DNA of 55,104 nt from Bacteroidota bacterium (GTDB taxonomy: Bacteria; Bacteroidota; Bacteroidia; Bacteroidales; DTGW01). This document shows, piece after piece, positions 46,715-55,104 of this stretch. Numbering within the stretch: the stretch's first letter is position 1; each line of letters opens with the position of its first letter. The stretch is from contig JAIFLP010000036.1 in NCBI GenBank assembly GCA_020049015.1, positions 1-55,104 of the forward strand, given 5' to 3'. The notes beneath the pieces were generated by a model that had not been told where the DNA came from, made no database searches, and was given only the letters and a program-made list of their open reading frames with translations. The position numbers and the translations under genes are program-made.

Positions 46715-46746
46715 AAAAAAAAAGGAGTACATTTTATGCACTCCTT
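46715..46746 (-). terminator. Intrinsic terminator of the HU gene
   Basis: The minus strand reads aaggagt-gcataaaatgt-actcctt followed by T9. It ends 6 nt before the TrmH-like ATG. Confidence 0.7.
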
Positions 46747-46765
46747 TACAAATTCATTCAAATTC

Positions 46766-47041
46766 TTACTTTTGAACTGCACCTGCGAGATCAGCTCCTG
46801 CTTTGAATTTTACAACTTTCTTAGCAGAAATCTTGATTTCTTTACCAGTTTGAGGATTTCTTCCTGTTCTGGCGCTTCTGGTAACTACTGAATAAGAACC
46901 AAAACCAACTAAAGCAACTCTGTCACCTTTTTTAAGGGCAGTAGTAGTAGTTTTGATGAATGCGTCTAATGCTTTCTTGGCATCAGCCTTTGTGATCTTA
47001 GCTTGTGCAGCTATAGAATCAATTAATTGAGCTTTGTTCAT
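46766..47041 (-). CDS. hup: HU-family DNA-binding protein
   Basis: 91 aa. [29 protein letters not shown]...[24 protein letters not shown]. Confidence 0.92.
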   Translation of the reverse strand: MNKAQLIDSIAAQAKITKADAKKALDAFIKTTTTALKKGDRVALVGFGSYSVVTRSARTGRNPQTGKEIKISAKKVVKFKAGADLAGAVQK

Positions 47042-47364
47042 GTTACTAAAAAATTTAGGGTTAGTAAAACTTATTTTTTTAACTCTATTACAAATATAAG
47101 TGTTTTATTGTGTTTAGCAAATTTTTTTGACGAAAAAAAGCGCCGTATCTATTGATATTTATGATAAAATGGAGGTACATATTAACATTTATCATTACAA
47201 CTAATTAAATTACAATAAATTATACAATTTCTATTTGTTAAAAAAACTATTAAAAAAAATATATAGAAAGTGATTTTATCCTACTATAGATGGGTTTATA
47301 AGTGGTTTAAATATGAAAATAAATAAAAAAACCTTGAATATTTTTTTTAATTCGATTAAAATTT

Positions 47365-47372
47365 TACTTTTG
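47365..47372 (+). promoter_or_regulatory. Candidate -7 promoter box (TACTTTTG) for tRNA-Ser
   Basis: Matches TAnnTTTG and ends 5 nt before the mature tRNA 5' end. Confidence 0.45.
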
Positions 47373-47376
47373 CAGC

Positions 47377-47461
47377 GGAGAAATGGCAGAGTGGTCGATC
47401 GCGGCGGTCTTGAAAACCGTTGATCTGCGAGGGTCCGGGGGTTCGAATCCCTCTTTCTCCG
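47377..47461 (+). tRNA. tRNA-Ser (anticodon UGA)
   Basis: GGAGAAA...TTTCTCC acceptor stem. Anticodon stem-loop GCGGT-CTTGAAA-ACCGT. 14-nt variable arm GATC-TGCGAG-GGTC. T-loop GTTCGAATC. CCA is not encoded. One apparent A.C mismatch in the D-stem. Confidence 0.9.
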
Positions 47462-47466
47462 CACAA

Positions 47467-47509
47467 AAAGAGGGTTTGTCGTAAATGACAGACCCTCTTT
47501 CTTTTTTTA
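47467..47509 (+). terminator. Intrinsic terminator after tRNA-Ser
   Basis: aaagagggtttgtc-gtaaat-gacagaccctcttt (14 bp with one G.U pair), then cTTTTTTT. Confidence 0.8.
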
Positions 47510-47657
47510 TAATTTTTACAGGACAAGTTAAATTCAATTCAGGGGTGCTAGCCCATAAGTGCTAACGCACCTTTGTAGTTTAATTCCGATACAAAATACA
47601 ACTTTGTACGGCTAATGTAGCGCTTTTAAAAACCTTCTAAATAACTATTAAATAGGT

Positions 47658-50132
47658 TTAAACTTGCAATTTAGAATGGAATAGGGAATAAAATGTAAAA
47701 TTATCAATGCTAGGTTCAATAGCATCATTAGAAATAAAACTCAGCGTTTTTGTTTCGCCTGGCAACACATCGAAGTAATTATCAGAAAACTTACCTTCAG
47801 CTGAACTACTGATATACAAATCCTTTACGATATTCTCTGAAAGCAATCTGATACAAATACCATTTTTAATATTAGGCAAAGGAGTCACATCAATGCTCAT
47901 TTGAGGCTCGTAAACAACAATATCTTTAGGTTCGATAAAAGTGTAGCTATTTCTAGAAATAAGATTGTCTGCAGCTTTTATATCGGCATATATGATAATA
48001 TTTGGAGCGCCATATTTTTTAACCAATGAAGAGAAATCCTTTTCATATAAAATATTATTACTACCATTGCCTGTTTTAAATGGCTTTTGATACTTAAATA
48101 AAATTTCTCCATTAAAGTGATATACTTTGATATCTAAGTAATATTCATTTTCAATAGCTGCATCGTCGGTTATTAGAAAGCTTACTTTATATTTTGAACG
48201 AAGGATGATGGGGTATACATTGGAATAATAGTGTTTGAGATGATAATGTAAAGCTTTCCAACGTCCATAATAATCGACACTAGCCCAACTTGCAGCCGGC
48301 CAACAATCATTTAATTGCCAATACAAAGTGCCCATACAAAATGGTTTTGCAGCTCTGTGCGACTCAATAGCAACTTTAATTGCACGAGATTGAAGTATAT
48401 GACTAAGATATAGAAAAGCATTCCAATCTTTTGGATTGCCATATTCTCTTTTCATATTGCGTTCAACTAAATCGGCTCCAGTAGGCCAACCCTGATGGGC
48501 TTCAAGTACCTTAGAACGGATATTCCAATCCTCCTCTATTGAAAAAGATTTTAGAGTTTTCCATTCAGGGTATGATTTAAAACCATATTCGCTCATGAAG
48601 CGGCCTACATTTTCTCTGTAAACACTAATAGGAAGATCTTCTTTAACGATATCCCAAAAATGATAATCGCCAGAATTTAAACTCAGTGCGCTTTTATAAT
48701 CAGCGCTGGGAGATGAAGGCCAATAAGGCCTTGATGCATCAAGTGCGTTAATAGTTTCTGGAATCAGATTATAAAAAATTGTTTCATAATCATCAAAAAC
48801 CTTGCGTGCAAAATCGCCTAAAGTTTCCTTCCAGCCCCAAGTATGAAAGCCTTCCAATAATTCATTATTACCGCACCATAATACAATAGACGGATGGTTT
48901 CTTAAACGTAAAATATTATAATTGAGTTCTTTTTTTAAAGTAATAAGAAATTGTGTATTAGCTGGGTACATACCACAAGCAAACATGAAATCTTGCCATA
49001 CCATGATTCCTTTTTCATCACATAGATCGTAAAAATAGTCGTCTTCGTATACGCCTCCACCCCATGCTCTAAGCATATTCATATTAACCGCCAAGGCGTT
49101 ATCTACCAACTCCTCATATTTATCTCTGCTAACACGAAAAGGAAATGAATCACCCGGAACGATATTAGCACCACGACAATAAACAGGACGTCCATTTATT
49201 TTAAAATAAAATGTTTTTCCTGCATCATCAGGCTCATTTATAAGCTCAATAGTGCGGATTCCATATTTTTTGATTTTTTTATCTACAATAACATCATCAA
49301 CAAACAATACAAAATCGAATTTATAAAGATGCGGATCACCTATATCGTGTGGCCACCAAAACTTGGGATTATCAATAATAACAACGGTTTCAATCTGATT
49401 GGTTCCCTTTTTAAGGAATACAGGAAGGGTTTCAATTTCGCTAACACCAATTCTGGAAATGAGGCGTGCCGAAAGTTCCGAAACGGAATCAATGGAAACA
49501 AAAATGTGTAAATACGCTTTATTGCTCTCAATTCTATTCAGTGAAAAATGAACATCGCTTATTTTGGCATCATTATAATAGTCTATGAAAAAAGGTTTCC
49601 ATATACCGCTGGTAAGCAAACGCGGCCCCCAATCCCATCCATATTGATAAGGAGCCTTACGTGTATGAGAACTTACTTTATACTGACCTTTATCGTTATT
49701 CGCAGGATATTCAAATTCGTAGGATCGAAAAGACTGCAATGCTTCAGTAATAGGGGATTTAAAAAGGATATGTAAATAATTATTCTTTTTTAGAATGTCT
49801 TTAACATCAAAACGCCATTCGCAAAACATATTATCAGTCATGCCTAATAAATGGTGATTTAAAGAGATTTCGGCATAAGTATCAAGACCTTTAAATACGA
49901 TTTCTAGCGCATCTGATTCTAAAATATTATCATCAATGGTAAATTCTCCTTGATAAGCCCAATCTTCATTTTCAATCCATTGCACTGATTTCTCATTATC
50001 TCGAAAAAAAGGATCATCTATTATGTTATGAGCAAGCAAATCGGTATGAATACATCCAGGAACAGTTGCCTCAAGCCACTCTCCTACTCCGGCACGTCTG
50101 AATTTCCAATCTGCATGTATCGATTTAAGCAT
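47658..50132 (-). CDS. GH2 beta-mannosidase, no signal peptide
   Basis: 824 aa. N-terminus WKFRRAGVGEWLEATVPGCIHTDLLAHNIIDDPF, GANIVP, WCGNNE, MSEYGF. Confidence 0.82.
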   Translation of the reverse strand: MLKSIHADWKFRRAGVGEWLEATVPGCIHTDLLAHNIIDDPFFRDNEKSVQWIENEDWAYQGEFTIDDNILESDALEIVFKGLDTYAEISLNHHLLGMTDNMFCEWRFDVKDILKKNNYLHILFKSPITEALQSFRSYEFEYPANNDKGQYKVSSHTRKAPYQYGWDWGPRLLTSGIWKPFFIDYYNDAKISDVHFSLNRIESNKAYLHIFVSIDSVSELSARLISRIGVSEIETLPVFLKKGTNQIETVVIIDNPKFWWPHDIGDPHLYKFDFVLFVDDVIVDKKIKKYGIRTIELINEPDDAGKTFYFKINGRPVYCRGANIVPGDSFPFRVSRDKYEELVDNALAVNMNMLRAWGGGVYEDDYFYDLCDEKGIMVWQDFMFACGMYPANTQFLITLKKELNYNILRLRNHPSIVLWCGNNELLEGFHTWGWKETLGDFARKVFDDYETIFYNLIPETINALDASRPYWPSSPSADYKSALSLNSGDYHFWDIVKEDLPISVYRENVGRFMSEYGFKSYPEWKTLKSFSIEEDWNIRSKVLEAHQGWPTGADLVERNMKREYGNPKDWNAFLYLSHILQSRAIKVAIESHRAAKPFCMGTLYWQLNDCWPAASWASVDYYGRWKALHYHLKHYYSNVYPIILRSKYKVSFLITDDAAIENEYYLDIKVYHFNGEILFKYQKPFKTGNGSNNILYEKDFSSLVKKYGAPNIIIYADIKAADNLISRNSYTFIEPKDIVVYEPQMSIDVTPLPNIKNGICIRLLSENIVKDLYISSSAEGKFSDNYFDVLPGETKTLSFISNDAIEPSIDNFTFYSLFHSKLQV

Positions 50133-50208
50133 ATGACAACAAAATAACTCTATTTATTTAGCGAACTAACGGACTGCAAATATAAAAAAATAGTATGATT
50201 CTATAAGA

Positions 50209-54443
<4,235 letters not shown>

Positions 54444-54559
54444 TTAATTTTTAAAAATAAGATTGCTAAAATAATCAAAAAAACTATATCTTTGGCTGAA
54501 TAAACAATTTTTAAGAAAAAACGTTTTATAAAGAGTTAATCCATTAAAATTATAAAAAT

Positions 54560-55104
54560 ATGTCAGTATTAGTAGGAAAAAAAGCACCTTCATTTAAAGC
54601 TAAAGCAGTTGTGAATGGTGGAGAAATTGTAGAGAATTACTCTCTAGAACAATTCATCGGTAAAAAGTCTGTGATATTGTATTTTTATCCAGCCGATTTT
54701 ACATTTGTTTGTCCCACCGAGATTATTGCCTTTCAGGACAAAATTGAAGAATTCAAAAAAAGAAATGTTGAAGTTATTGGGGTTTCAGTTGACTCAGAAT
54801 TTTCACATTGGAAATGGTTACAAACCGAATTAAAAGACGGTGGTATCAAAGGAGTTAAGTATCCTTTGGTGTCTGACTTTTCAAAAACCATCTCTGAAAA
54901 CTATGATGTATTAGCCGGAAGCTATTCATATGATGAAAACGGTGATGCAATATTTGAAGGCGCACCTGTAGCGTATCGAGGTTTGTTCTTTATCGACAAA
55001 GAAGGTATTGTAAGACATCAAGTAGTAAATGACCTTCCTTTAGGTAGAAGTATTGATGAAGCCATTAGAATCGTTGATGCATGGCAATACTATCAAGAAA
55101 ATGG
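54560..55104 (+). CDS. ahpC: Peroxiredoxin AhpC (5' part; runs off the right window edge)
   Basis: Not in the ORF track because no stop lies in the window. MSVLVGKKAPSFKAKAVVNGGEIVENYSLEQFIGKKSVILYFYPADFTFVCPTEIIAFQ...GLFFIDKEGIVRHQVVNDLPLGRSIDEAIR. A TATCTTTG box lies at 54487-54494. Confidence 0.9.
   Translation, partial: MSVLVGKKAPSFKAKAVVNGGEIVENYSLEQFIGKKSVILYFYPADFTFVCPTEIIAFQDKIEEFKKRNVEVIGVSVDSEFSHWKWLQTELKDGGIKGVKYPLVSDFSKTISENYDVLAGSYSYDENGDAIFEGAPVAYRGLFFIDKEGIVRHQVVNDLPLGRSIDEAIRIVDAWQYYQEN

Noticed and set aside
47276-47464. Track ORF (62 aa, minus strand).
   Set aside because: It is antisense to, and overlaps, the well-formed tRNA-Ser gene and its promoter.

Overview
AT-rich segment, roughly 28-35% GC by hand counts of single 60-nt lines. 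It looks like a Bacteroidota chromosome: several T9SS-type C-terminal sorting domains, CarboxypepD-type TonB-dependent receptors, a DUF4249 lipoprotein, and TAnnTTTG -7 promoter boxes. Most of the window is housekeeping or central metabolism: purA, a fur-family gene, relA/spoT, queA, buk, queF, slyD, htpG, HU, tRNA-Ser(UGA), ahpC, and a complete Na+-pumping methylmalonyl-CoA decarboxylase operon with epimerase. Together with buk, that operon suggests an anaerobic propionate/butyrate-type fermenter. Carbohydrate genes include rhaB-rhaA, a GH2 beta-mannosidase and a GH2 beta-galactosidase.

Accessory or unusual content:
1. The left 2.3 kb is a much more GC-rich, edge-truncated gene for a large secreted protein that is missing from the ORF track. 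It is followed by a ParE-like module whose toxin carries an in-frame stop, and by an intact higBA module.
2. A tight three-gene cytoplasmic cassette: a GT4 fused to an alpha-helical toroid-like domain, a second GT4, and a long GH130-like protein.
3. A 23-codon leader ORF with four consecutive Cys codons, plus mutually exclusive terminator/antiterminator pairings, directly upstream of a serine O-acetyltransferase. This is my best candidate for something not previously described.
4. A roughly 0.9-kb GC-rich repeat cluster at 36.1-36.9 kb: a 100-bp direct repeat pair, 39-51-bp tandem units, a 24-bp perfect palindrome and an inverted partial copy.
5. A glycoside-hydrolase gene remnant.

I see no CRISPR array, transposase, integrase, reverse transcriptase or recognisable multi-gene defence system. 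All calls come from reading the sequence and from family motifs recalled from memory; no searches were run.
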